Source: Takakia lepidozioides
Lineage: Eukaryota > Plantae > Bryophyta
Direction of reading: 5' to 3'
DNA: 64,000 nt
Assembly (NCBI GenBank): GCA_030704615.1
Contig: CM060731.1
Location: 51,894,001 to 51,958,000 of the forward strand
Below are positions 1 to 11,529 of the stretch, one piece after another. Position 1 is the stretch's first letter. Every line of letters begins with the position of its first letter. The notes beneath the pieces are model-generated. The model was not told the origin of the DNA. It saw only the letters and a program-made list of their open reading frames with translations, and made no database searches. The translations under genes were made by a program, and so were the position numbers.

Positions 1-419
1 ACTCAGGGCAGATTCCTAAAAAATGTATCAGATACAGAGGTCTCTGGCAACTTGTAAAGCTACCATCTACTGACCATTTCACCGCAATAGTAAGATCCAT
101 GCAATCAGCTGCCTGGAGAATATCTCCTCCACAAAAAGCCTTATGGGGCGAAGCGAACGGACCCAACTTCCACACAGGTATCCAGATTCTCCAGCTATGG
201 AAACTGACTATTGGGAATTTTGTTGAATTTGATCTCAACCTACTCTGTCGACGCAATCTGGCGACACTACAAAAGCTGATGCAGGCGGGGTGGTGGAGCT
301 GGTGATGCGCCTGGATCCGCCCAAGTATCCACTTTTTGCTGGCTTTTTCTTCCCATATGGAGAGTATAAACAGTATAGATATCTAGATAGATAGATTACC
401 TACACTGTCGTTTTGTGGA

Positions 420-1352
420 TATGGGTTGTTCTCATACTCTTGTTTAATATTGTCTCAACACTCTCCCTGTAATCCCCCTTCGAGACAGGATGGTTATGGA
501 AACCGAAATGCACACAAGTTTTTGTCATTGTTTTCAAACGGTGGACGACATAGTACATTCTTGCTCCACACAATCCCAGGCAGGATGGTACAAGTTTGCA
601 GAATTTGCAAACGAAAGTGTTTGCCGGTGGAGGAGCAGCCCCAGGCTTAAATGGATTTTCCGCGAGACCCTCCTACTTGCTTTGATTATGAACCCCAGAC
701 TGAAAAAAGTGTCTGCGATTCAAATTACCACACCTAAGGTGTCCATTGCAAACTGTTTTCCTGAAAACAAGCTTGTCTTCATTTTGAATATTGGATGTTT
801 TTGTTCTGCACCATGGGTGCCCGTCGTGTTTCTTGTCCATTCCGTGCATCATGCTTGTTATACCTCCAACTCGCGGAGGAGGAGGCAGCTCGAATAGGAT
901 ATCACCATCAAAAGTCTCTAGCAGGAACTTCATTGGCACCTGCTTCAAAGATTCCCAATCAAGTCCCCCCAACTCATTTTTGAAACCTGCCATTCCTCCC
1001 ATCGTCCGTAGTTTTGGAATGACACTATAAATCTCTTTTTCATCCACATTCACAACTACCGTAGCAAGGACTGGAGTTGGAATTTCACTTATGTCATCAT
1101 CGGACGAATCCGAAAGCTCAACGATTGGAGTGGAGGACGTCTGTTCTTTTTTCACCACCACCTCTCTTTTGTATTCAATGACCGAAGCAGCAGTCTCGGG
1201 CGATATGATCCAAGGGACTTTCGCCGAAGCTCTCCAAGTACTCTGTATCTACCAGGGCGCATTCTCCACTGGCTGACATGAGCCGTATCATCACGGTTTT
1301 GGAACGAGTATTTCAATAACTTCCAATCCAAATCGTACACCTCTTTCTCCAA
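420..1352 (-). pseudogene. Degenerate transposon ORF with a GCM/WRKY-like Cys/His zinc-binding domain (probably Mutator-related)
   Basis: ORF 673-1161 (HDGHPW...CNGHLRC) reads through a TAG (likely W codon TGG>TAG) into EGLAENPF...VCKFCKLVPSCLGLCGARMYYVV...CVHFGFHNHP. The C-x4-C / CxxC / H-x-H-P pattern is typical of WRKY-GCM1-fold transposase domains. It is frameshifted at both ends. Confidence 0.5.
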
Positions 1353-3678
1353 GAAGATGGAGCCATTCTGAAGCTCAAACCGGTAGCCAAGACATGTTCC
1401 AGAACAATTGTGAATCCATTGTCAAGGGCATCCCTGAAATCCTAGGTAGGCCCTATCCTAACTACTTTGAGAATCCTCAAGTATGACGATGCATGGTGAT
1501 ATTAACGAAGCTGTCACAAAAAAGACACATGTCTATTTTATGTTTGCACACGCCAACAACCCAAAACAGCCGCGTAAAGGAACAGCTGTCCCAATTAGGT
1601 TACGTCATTTCCACTAAAAACGCACATTCACGTATCAAACACACAAGAGGGAATCCGACGGTCCTAGGGACACTCCCAAAACGACGGAACCGCGCAAGAA
1701 AGCGAGTCTGTTCATCTTTCTTGTTTCTAAACGCAGACGAAGAGAGGTAGTCAAGCTGGAGAGGGTTCCTTGTTCGGCTCGGAAGAGAAGGAAGTCATTG
1801 TATTTTACATCGCTTAGAGAGAGGCTGAGATCAAGAGAGCAAATGACGAGGCGTCGCATGCATGATGGTGTAGGGCTTAGGCAGTATGTGAACGTGGAGA
1901 CAGGTCAAGGAGAAGAGCATGTGGGAAGTGAGAGTGAGGTCGCCGCAGTCGTAGCGACGGCAGGAGCTGTGAGCGTAGGTAACCAGACAATGCCAGCCGA
2001 GTTCATGCCCGAAGACATGAGGACAGTGGGAGGAAAATAGGACGCCATACAGGGAGGAAGTTTGCAAACCCTACAGCAGACAGAAATGGTGAGCACTCCA
2101 TATCCACATACTACTGTTTTCATTAGTCTGGATGTTTTCCCTTCCATCTGGGATTCAAGAACATGGTTTATCTTGTTTTCAGACCGATGGAAAAGAGAAG
2201 AGGAAAGCAGAAGAGGACGATCCGAGCGATGCAGCCACGAAGCCGAAGAAGGGATCCGTAAGTTGTCTCACACGCACTTCTTCCTCCTTACTGATGGTCC
2301 CTAGATGTGGGAAAAGCGATGATCGGTGGCGATCATCGCTTTACAGAATAATGTAGTTGTTAACCCTGATTTGGGCATGTTTAGGCTCATTGGATAGGTA
2401 ATCGCGTCAGCTATGAGGTGGCATTTCCCAATTTGTCATTAGGCCATGCCCCAGCCACGTGGAACACCTAGAGTCTGCCACACTCGTGGTTTTCAGCCCC
2501 ATTTTGGACAGCTAACCTGCCCTCCATCCTATGTGTCAACTAGGGTCAGGTTAGGGAAAAATTCAACGCACCCCCACTTGCGCAGGGTGGCGCGTCTCCC
2601 AACACCCTTTATTGCGCCCCCTCCACCCTAAAACGCCCCCCATTGGCAGGCAAAGGCAAAGGCACCCCTCCAAAACCCACATACCTTAGGGCTACCGGCC
2701 AACAAGTATAGGCAAACATAGGTGCACATGGAGAAGTCATGGGCAAGGGAAAAAATCATATGAAGGAAAGCTCTGATTGGCGCGAAAGTTTTTTGGTGCT
2801 TACAAAAACCTGCCCACTACAGTACAACCGGAGCGATTGACAATTCAACGGTTCAGATCTTTTCACCGAATTTTCTAGTACGGTTTTGTGCTTGCCCCTT
2901 TGAAATTGGGAAATTTGACCCCCCAAATTGACCATACAAAGCAGCCCACATGAGAACATGTCAGAAAAAGGGCAGGTGTCTTACCTGGCAGCGTACAAGA
3001 TTCTGGTTTGTGTCATGTCAAAACAAATCACAGCTGGGAAATTCGATAAGAAAAGCTGTGTTTTTTACCCCATTGTAAATAGGAAATTTGTTTTTGACCC
3101 AACTTTCAACATTATAATCTTGCAATCCGGCGGTTCGATTTGGACCAGACTTTTGGTGGTCATAGCTGGGGTAGGTAGAAACATATTACAACGGTCAGTT
3201 TTAGAGGGCCTGAGGAAATCTCAAGATATAAATTATTTAGTAGGGAAGGGTCAAAGTTTTGGGGGTGGACCCAAAAATTGGGGTTAGTCCTTTAGGGGTT
3301 AATCTACATTTAAATCTAGATCTTTGAATCTTTAATCTACATCGCCACTAATTTACATTATTTAATCTATTTTAATCGACATATGTAGATTATGCGTATC
3401 CCTAGGACAACAAAAATCTTAACATTCTCACAAGCCCCTGCCCGGCGAGCTTTTAATGGGTTTTCATATGGACAAGTCTGGCGTAGGTCATGTTCTCACT
3501 GACATACCCGCCCAACACTAACCCTACCTAATATAATCGGATTATAGTTAATAATAACAATAATAACAATAATAACCTTTGGATCCTACCGATGGGTCCT
3601 CCTACCGATAATCCCTTAGCGGCATTTGTTTTTGTTTTGTTTTCCTTCAAATTTAAAGGGAAATACCTGAGTGGCACT

Positions 3679-3863
3679 CCCTTAGTGGCGATGGATCCTC
3701 CTACCGTTGATCCCTTAGTGGCGATGGATCCTCCAACCGTTGATCCCTTAGTGGCGATGGATACTCCTACCGTTGATCCCTTAGTGGCGATGGATACTCC
3801 TACCGTTGATCCCTTAGTGGCGATGGATACTCCTACCTTTGATCCCTTAGTGGCGATGGATCC
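3679..3863. repeat. 33-bp tandem minisatellite, about 5.6 copies (CCCTTAGTGGCGATGGATMCTCCTACCGTTGAT)
   Basis: Directly visible; gives the PLVAMDPPTVD repeat in ORF 3592-3888. Confidence 0.95.
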
Positions 3864-4090
3864 TAAAGGAAGCGCGGGAAAAACATGAAAGTGGTGTTGG
3901 GCAGCAAAGAGACATATAGATGATGGTCTGCGGGACAAGCTCAACAGTGTTGGGCCTTCACATACCTACTAAGTCTTCCTGCAGGGACTTGTGACATTGC
4001 TTATACTATGATATTTGTCATCACGTCAAGGCTTTCCTCTTCATCACTCGGCTGCTCGCGCGCATTCTAGTGGGCCACTAGGACTGAAGA

Positions 4091-5185
4091 ATGGTTCCCC
4101 AGCTCCAGAGCCCGTTTGAACATCTATCCCTTGTCAAGAATCCCACGAACGATGAGATGGAGCTTCCACCTCTCGTCCTTTCCATGGTCATCAGAGGACT
4201 CCCACCTCGATAACAGAGCATGTTTGTAATTGAAGCCAAGGAACGCCTGATGAAAATTGCGGAGCACTGGCGGATCAACTCATTTGAATCCTATTGTCGT
4301 CTGGCCATCTCGAGTGTCAGCTTTTCTTACAGCGGAGCCGTCAGTTGTGATCGTTTGGTAGCCATCTCTAATTTGTACACCCTCATGTTCATGCTGGATG
4401 ATCTTTTGCTTGATTCGCCGAACGACTTGCTCCTCGAAGAGTATGGGATCGATAAAAGCGTCCGTGAGAGCCCTAACAAAATTGGAGAGTTCCTCAACAA
4501 CTTGAACCTCCTCTTCCGGCAACAAGAGCCTCCGCGCGATCCCACTCCGATCGAGGGGATGATGTGGGAATTGGGTCAGGACATGAGACGCTTGTCCACT
4601 CCGGAATGGTTCAATACTTTTGCAGACGCTGTCATCGGGTACAACAGAGTGGGCGTTGCCAACCATGCAGGCACTGCAGGCAACCGCTTATATTTGCAAG
4701 ACTTGGAATTGTACACCTCAATGCGCGCCTGGAACTGTGGAAGCTTGTTTGTTGTAAATCTCGTGGAGTTTGCCAAGAACGCCTTTCTTCCAGACGAGGT
4801 GCGCGCGCAACCCCTCATCCAACAGCTGACCAACGCGGCCGGCATTCATGTCGCTTTTGTCAACGACATTTTCTCCTACCCCAAGGAGGTGGCGCAGGAA
4901 GACAATCCGCGCAATCTAATCATGGTGTTGATGCAATCTGAAGGCACAACACTACCGCAAGCTGCGTGGAGAGCCGTGGACTTAGTAAACTCGTGGGCTC
5001 GCGTCGTCCTCGAGCTGGAGACGAAGTTGGTCGTGTGTGAGGCGGCCTATGCTCTGCGCCGCTATGTGGAAGGTGTGAAGGAGCTCATGACTGGCGGTAT
5101 TTACTGGCACAGCCTGCACAAGCGCTACCGGCATCCTGACGCAGTTTTCCCAGAGCTCAGGGCCATCACCAATGCCCACCAATGA
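4091..5185 (+). CDS. MTPSL: Microbial terpene synthase-like (MTPSL) class I terpene cyclase, intronless; in-frame TAA at 4211-4213 (321-aa ORF from ATG 4220)
   Basis: Contains the DDLLLD (DDxxxD) motif, the NDIFSYPKE (NSE/DTE) motif, an effector Arg (MRAWNCG) and a C-terminal WHSLHKRY (WxxxxxRY). It has only the alpha domain and no introns. The upstream in-frame ATG 4091 gives MVPQLQSPFEH...LPPR*QSMF. Confidence 0.9.
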
Positions 5186-5304
5186 GTCCCAACACTTTCA
5201 ATGTCGAACATATTGGCATGTAGTAAATATGTTCCTCATGTATACATGTCCGCCTAGGCTTGATCTGCATAGCTAGGAGGACTTGATATATTTTCATGCC
5301 ATAA

Positions 5305-5846
5305 GGCCCCCGCCGCACCAGCCTGCTATCGCCTGCTACACTCCTACTAATTACTGCTACATAGAAAATTGCGGCCGCACTAACATGTTTAAAATGTTTT
5401 AGCCATAACTATAGTTATCTATCCTAAAAACTTCCTTCCTACTTTAGAGCGAATCTAGCACTACCCCCCCCCTGGTGCTAAATCTAAACAGGTGCGCCGT
5501 TTTTGGGCAGATGCCTGCGCCATTCTCTGCCATCGCCATTCCCATTAGCCATTGAAAGCCTCGAGTAATGTGCAGCGTTGTGCTCCTAGCCCGTGGTCTT
5601 GTCTCGTCTTGTCTCGTAGTTGCTCCTTTGGCTATGGCGAAAAGAAAGGAGGCGCGAGAATATGGCGAGAGGAAGTCGGGCAGGGGCAGGCGAACGCATG
5701 TTTAAAACTAACAATATGCACTTAAAACATGTTAAGCTAAAATGTTGGTGCGGCAGGGATATTGTTAGTTGGAGCAGCTGTTATGAAAACGGACCTGCTA
5801 ACCGTTAGCAGGTGTTCTACGCTAACAGCCCGGTGCGGCGGGGGCC
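5305..5846. mobile_element. Tourist-like MITE (PIF/Harbinger superfamily), 542 bp
   Basis: Perfect 15-bp TIRs GGCCCCCGCCGCACC (5305-5319) / GGTGCGGCGGGGGCC (5832-5846), flanked by TAA on both sides (5302-5304 and 5847-5849). Confidence 0.9.
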
Positions 5847-6602
5847 TAATGTAATTACATAGTTGTTGTTACTTATAGCATTTTTTTAACTTTACATCAT
5901 ATTTCTATAAGGCCCCGCGCTGCTAGCGTAGAACACCTGCTAACGGCTTACCAGGCCCGTTTTCGTAACAGCTGCTCCAACTAACACAATCTCTGCCGCA
6001 CCAAAGTTTTAGCTTAACATATTTTAGTGCATAATGTTAGATTAAAACACGCGTTCGTCTGCCCCTGCCCGACTTCCTCTCGCCCTTTTCCCTCGCCTCC
6101 TTCCTTCACGCCATAGCCAAAGGAGCAACGGCGAGGTCCAGGATGAGCCAGGACGAGCCAGGAGCATTGTGAATGTGAGGGCCCAGGATGCGAAGAACTG
6201 TCTTCATAATTAAAAGATTATGCATGATTCAGAACGTGGGGTTTCTTACACCTGTTTGCAATTTCTTAGGCACTGTGATGTGAGGTGCTCAGAATGTTTT
6301 GCTGGGGAAGGAAAAGGATTTCTTGTTCCTATTAGGGGGAATTGAAATGAAGCACTGCAGGTCTCTGCAGGTCTTCATGGGCACTGCAGGTCTCAACAGG
6401 GGTAATGGTGGGGATGGCCATTGTTGGCTTTGCCTTTTGGTATGGCCAGCGGAGAAAGCCCCGTTGATTATGGAATGGTGCATAGATTTGTACATATTTC
6501 TTGGTAGCAGTAGTGATGGCTAGATCAGGCATGTCTCATAGGCACAAGAAAACACAATCTTAATTGGACAGACAACCAGAACAGAGCAAGTGGTTTCACT
6601 AC

Positions 6603-8442
6603 CTCGAAGGGTTGCACGGTCCTTCATGCAAGAGCTATAACCAACTTCCTTCACTACACGATGATCCGCCTCCAGAACCAGCTCATCATGTATCTACAGT
6701 GAATATACCACCATTGCTAGAGGTTGGCAACTACAGAGGTTTGTCACAATTTTCTTCGTCATCTTACCTTTCCCAGTGGCAATTTTCCATCGCTGGGGCT
6801 TCAAAAACCAAATCCAGGCATAGGTATTGCCGTATTTATTATATTCCAGCTTAAAATCGATCACAAGTATCAAAACTTCTTTGGTATAATGTATCTTCTT
6901 CCTTGGTTGAGGATAGTGCAAATGCACACAAGAAATGTAATGTCTACTTTACATGGGTTGGACATTATCCCCACAAAAAGGCACCAAAAACATATACATT
7001 TGTATAGTTTTGAAGTGTTTGGGATTGTGTTTTTCGCATCTGCTATTGTATTGATGTAATCAATTTCCTCACAGGATCAACCAAAAACCCTCTCCTGGTG
7101 GTGGTCTCTTGTGCACACTCCTCTGACTGCCCATCACTGGAAGTAGAATCTAACCCAGAGTCAAAATGGAGTTTGGCCAGTGAGACTACGAACTCACACA
7201 AATCTGCTGGGGATGCCAGGGCAGAACCCCCTTGTGCCAGAATGAAAGCATTCATCAAGCTCAATCTTGCGCTTGCTGCTAGTCTTCTTCGGGAGGTGAT
7301 GAGGTCGCTGGCTCTCCTTCTGAAGGCCGCCGAGATTTCTTTGAAATAGTCAAAAATCTTCAACAAGAGATGTCTTGTTGATCCATACCCATCTGGCTGC
7401 TCTTCACATATTCAACCAATTGGGGCAAAACACATCTGGGTCCCAGACTGCGTAGCACCTCTGTAACTTGCGGAGGTGTTGGAGTGGTGTCCGCAACTTT
7501 TGTCACCCTTGGCCAAGCACAGTGGGGACTGGTGACCTTCTCCATCTGCATAGAGAAACAGACATATTTTGAAAACCTGTGGAACACAGTGAGGAACAAA
7601 TGAAATTTATCTGCTACCAAGAACCAAGAATATGCACCCCCCCCCCCCCCCTCCCCCCAAGAGAAGTGCACCCCAATAGATTTTCCACTACAAAACTTGT
7701 GAAATCATAAGGCAAAAAATATCTTGATGAGCATCGAGTCATCACAAAACTGGCGTTGATCATATCCTACGTACGTGTGCCTCCTCACTTGAGCAGGGTG
7801 GATCCAGGAAAACATCCACTTGCTGACTGAAATAAGATCTACATGTCAGATAACCACACAGGCGCTCTTGCCTAAGCAAATCCCTGTGATTTTCAGTCTC
7901 ACACTAGACATGATCAAAAGCGGTGGTAGGAAGTCAAAGGGGTGAGATTCTATCCAATAATCCAACTGAAATTAAAGCAAAGATCCAGGGTCTCAAGTCG
8001 ACGTGAGTCCCAGCCAACAGAACAGGGATCTAACTTGCAACGGCATCCGACAAAGGCCTGGGAACATGGAAGTCCTATTCTCTTGGCAGAGATAATATCC
8101 TTCTTTAGGCAATAGAAGAAACTACAGCATATGAAACCGGGTATGTGCATTTGGTGTACAGTTCTATTACCCATAACTTCCAGAGATACTTGTCTAGTTC
8201 TCAAGTGAAAATGCTAAAACAATTTATTGCAATTGAAACCCTCATCTCAACTTTGTGACAATTGGCCAAGAACATTCATAAGGGGTTTTTAAGCAGTGGC
8301 GCAGGGAAGGCATGGAACAACACACACAAACATACCTGCCAGGGAGTTCACGGCCCGCCTCTTTGCCTTAGCCTACTCCCCATATTTTCCAGCATTGATC
8401 TTCTCCAGGTACCGCTTCCTCCCGCTCAAAGTTTTTATATAT
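6603..8442 (-). pseudogene. POLQ: Captured exons of DNA polymerase theta (family A polymerase C-terminus, TEBICHI/POLQ-like)
   Basis: 8336-8442(-) reads YIKTLSGRKRYLEKINAGKYGE*AKAKRRAVNSL followed by GT. 6603-6693(-) reads AG|IHDELVLEADHRVVKEVG...ATLR|GT, which is the PolA motif C HDELV. A possible last-exon remnant VPKKLQTG lies at about 6245-6273. Confidence 0.7.
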
Positions 8443-8489
8443 TTGGAAAATGTTGCCAAAGAGTTTATAAGATTTACATGTATGCACAC

Positions 8490-8973
8490 TACCTTCCTCG
8501 CATTAACACATGGCACTCAGCAACAAAAGTTTTGCGCAACTCCTTACTGGTCTTCGCATTCAATCTTTTCACTGCAATGAGTTGACCATTAGGCAGGACC
8601 CCTTGTAGACAGTTCTAGAGCAGCCAACCCCAGTCACGGTGGCTTTGGTGAACCCATTAGTTGCCTTGTCAAGATCAGCTTCAGATAATCCGCCCCCCAG
8701 CCCTTTCAAGTGGGCAGTATCCGCGTCTGTCACAAGGTCACTGAAGCGGTTGCAGAAATAACACCACAAACTAATCAGGATAGCCACCAGTAGCAGACCA
8801 CCCATAACACTGGCTATTATAATGATTGTGAGACCTATCATCTTAAATTGTGTCGGTGGCGCAGCCCCATCGTCAAAATTGGTGGGGAAGAGAAAGTAGT
8901 GCTTCCATGCAATTTTTGGGGGTACCCATTCCGTGCGAGAGGTTTCAGAGCATAATTCGGTACGCACCCACAA
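8490..8973 (-). pseudogene. Receptor-like kinase fragment (TM helix plus kinase subdomains I-III)
   Basis: TM helix IIIIASVMGGLLLVAILISLW, then LSEADLDKATNGF...GVGCSRTVYKG, a frameshift into VLPNGQLIAVKRLNAKTSKELRKTFVAECHVL, then stops. Confidence 0.8.
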
Positions 8974-10166
8974 AGCTGGGCATTATCAAGGGAAACCACA
9001 GCAGAAGATGCTAGAAATAGGGAGTTCCTGGAGTAGGCCCAGGCATCTCAATGGTCGGAGAGATCAGGGATTTCAGACTTCGTTCTCCAACATGTTGCCA
9101 TTGCAACTCTGCTGGATTAGTGGGGGCCAGCATTCCCACTCCCTCCCTCAAACCGAACCACGAAATTGTTGAGATTTGTCACACAACAAGATGAATATAT
9201 TCCTGCACTCGAAACATAGAATTGAAACTGAGATCATCACTCGCTGCATACTTGCATAAAATCCATAGCACTGGATTGCTCCTCGCAGGATGCATCCCTT
9301 GTGCAAAACCACAATCAAGCCCTGGGATCCTGCAACCTCTCTGTGTCACCCACTGCGCACATTGGTAGTAGTAACAATGTAGTATGTTAGTCAGTCATCC
9401 AAAAAATTCGAGTTAATTGCCTCCGTAGCAATCTTGCATATACAATCACGACCCAGATGCTAACCGCTCCCTCACTCTCTATTTTTGGTGAGATTTGACG
9501 TGGAGAGAGACACGAGCTCTGCACTGAATGGGACTAGAGCTCTAATCTCCCTGCTGATGAACAAAGGAGAACTTTTGGTGGAGACTGCAAATACAGCTTA
9601 TAATTATTGATACTTCACTTTTTTCATAGACAATTTGTGGCGTTCCAGATGCACTGAACCATGTGGCTCTATCTCTATCAGCTCACTCCTATGCCTGCCT
9701 GCTGCTTTCCCCACAACGCCTGCCACTTCACCTGTTGTAGTCGACCACCATTTTCTCTACTCCCTAATGTCCCACAAGATTTCGCTGCTATTAATGTTCA
9801 TGCTTTCATGCTCGAGTGTCATCTTGACAATCTCCTGGAAGCGGTCCCGCAGCACCAGGGTGCCCTCACATGCCTCCCCGAGAAGAGCGAAGGAGAAGGA
9901 GAAGGCGAATGGCGCGGATGGCGAATGGCGAATTGCGTAGAATGGCGCGGGCAGCTGCCCGAAAACGGCGCGGCAGTTTAGATTTAGCACTAGGGGGGGG
10001 GGCTACTGCTAAAGTCGCCATAAACTACGAAGGATTAGTTAAGATTAGATAGCAGTAGTTAGAGCTAAAATTTGTCAAGCAGGGCCGTGCGGCCAGATTT
10101 TTTAGGCTAGCAGTAGTTAGCACTAACCTAACATCCGTTGGCAGCCCGGTACGCGTAGAGCAGGCT

Positions 10167-11529
10167 AGGAACACTATGGCTTCGGCCTGATATGTGATAA
10201 GTCTTAATCTAATACTTATTCGATACAAACACACAAATGTGTAGAGAGACTTGAGGAAAGCTGTGGAATGAATGGATGCGTGAATGGAACCTGAAAGATA
10301 CTGAAGCAATCTGATGCTTAAGTATACACAGTAAGGTAAATTGCTATCATGAAAGCAAGAAGAAATACAAACAGGAAGCACAACCATGATACACTAGCTG
10401 TAGGTCATGACTGATTGTTCTGAGCAGACTGAGTGCATAGAGATATCCAACTTTTCTATCTTGGAGTTCCCACCTCGGATAGCGAAGGGATGGGTGAGTA
10501 AAAGCCGCTCAACATTTGGCGACCATACTGGGGAACTGGGTCAGGAACAACCAGATGTGACAGGCATCTGGTGGGATCATGGTGGATGGAGAATTAAAGA
10601 ATTTGATGTGAATCAAATTCCCTGTGGAACTGAGAAAGAAAGGTTGTCCAAGCAATTCTTTCAGAGGTTCTTGGAATTACCAGACAGTTGCAAAGAAAAT
10701 ATTCTTAAGAGAGTGCATGATGCTGATCCTGAGTGGGGTCTGGAGAAATGAGTGATAAAGATTTATCAAGTGGCATGAAGAAACAAGGGGGTCTCCTATG
10801 CCTGAGAGGTTACCTCGTTATCAGCCAAAGGAGGGTCAGACATTTCCAGGTAGTGCTCAATCATCTCCGTCAACCAGTGACAGGATTCGGGCTCGCACAC
10901 GGAGTCCTTCACGAGACTCTCACCGTCAGAAGGGTGCTCGCTCACAAAGGTTTGCTAATCCCAAACATTAAACGAGTGGAGTTTGAAGGCTGGGAGGAAC
11001 GGAAAGTGAATGTTTACACTCATATGCATGAAGAATTAGTACTGGTAAAGAATTGGATTCCTAAGGATATCCTGTGGATCAAACTTACACCAAAAACAGC
11101 TTTCCAAACGTGTTTGCCATATGGTAATATGGTAACAAAGACTTCTAGTATAGCCAAGGGTGCATTGAAGCTGGAAAGAAACCCAGGCATATACGAGAGA
11201 TATTACAGAAGAGAGTTTTGGTTATTGCCTCATTAAAGATGTGAAAGACATGGGACATGAGTGATGAAAGAGAAGCTAGACTCTACAGATATTCAGCGAA
11301 GAGAGAAAGTTATTTGAAAGCTAATTATCTATATCTTTGGGAGAGGGGAATAGACATAGGGGAATCATCTGTACCTCTCACACCATTAAGATCAAAGAGT
11401 ACATCACCCATACCGGAAGAACCAGAGTTGGATGCCACTCCTTCTTATTCTTTACATAAGGGATTTGATAGAGGAAGAAGACGAGGGGAGAGATCTGAGG
11501 TACATCCTTGGATCAAAGATTCGACTGCA
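10167..11529 (+). mobile_element. Truncated LTR retrotransposon (probably Gypsy): partial LTR to 10514, PBS, degenerate 5' internal region
   Basis: LTR ends ...TCAACA (10514) followed by PBS-like TTTGGCGACCATACTGGGGA. 10170-10505 is homologous to the reverse complement of 63630-63950. Confidence 0.65.

Larger units (their letters stand above)
5911..10166 (-). mobile_element. Non-autonomous Harbinger-family element of the same family as the MITE, inverted, carrying captured host-gene fragments (Pack-type); right terminus lost
   Basis: Preceded by TAA at 5908-5910. 5911-6170 is the reverse complement of the MITE right arm, and about 9890-10166 is the reverse complement of the MITE left arm. 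The interior holds POLQ and RLK fragments. Confidence 0.75.

Noticed and set aside
3528-3944. ORFs SIATKGSTVG / PLVAMDPPTVD
   Set aside because: Products of the 33-bp minisatellite, open on both strands, with no domain signal.
4211-4213. U-to-C RNA editing to rescue the MTPSL stop
   Set aside because: Reverse editing is known from hornwort, lycophyte and fern organelles, not nuclear genes.
4220-5185. Bacterial or fungal contamination
   Set aside because: The gene is contiguous with plant TEs and intron-containing plant genes, and MTPSLs are expected in non-seed plants.
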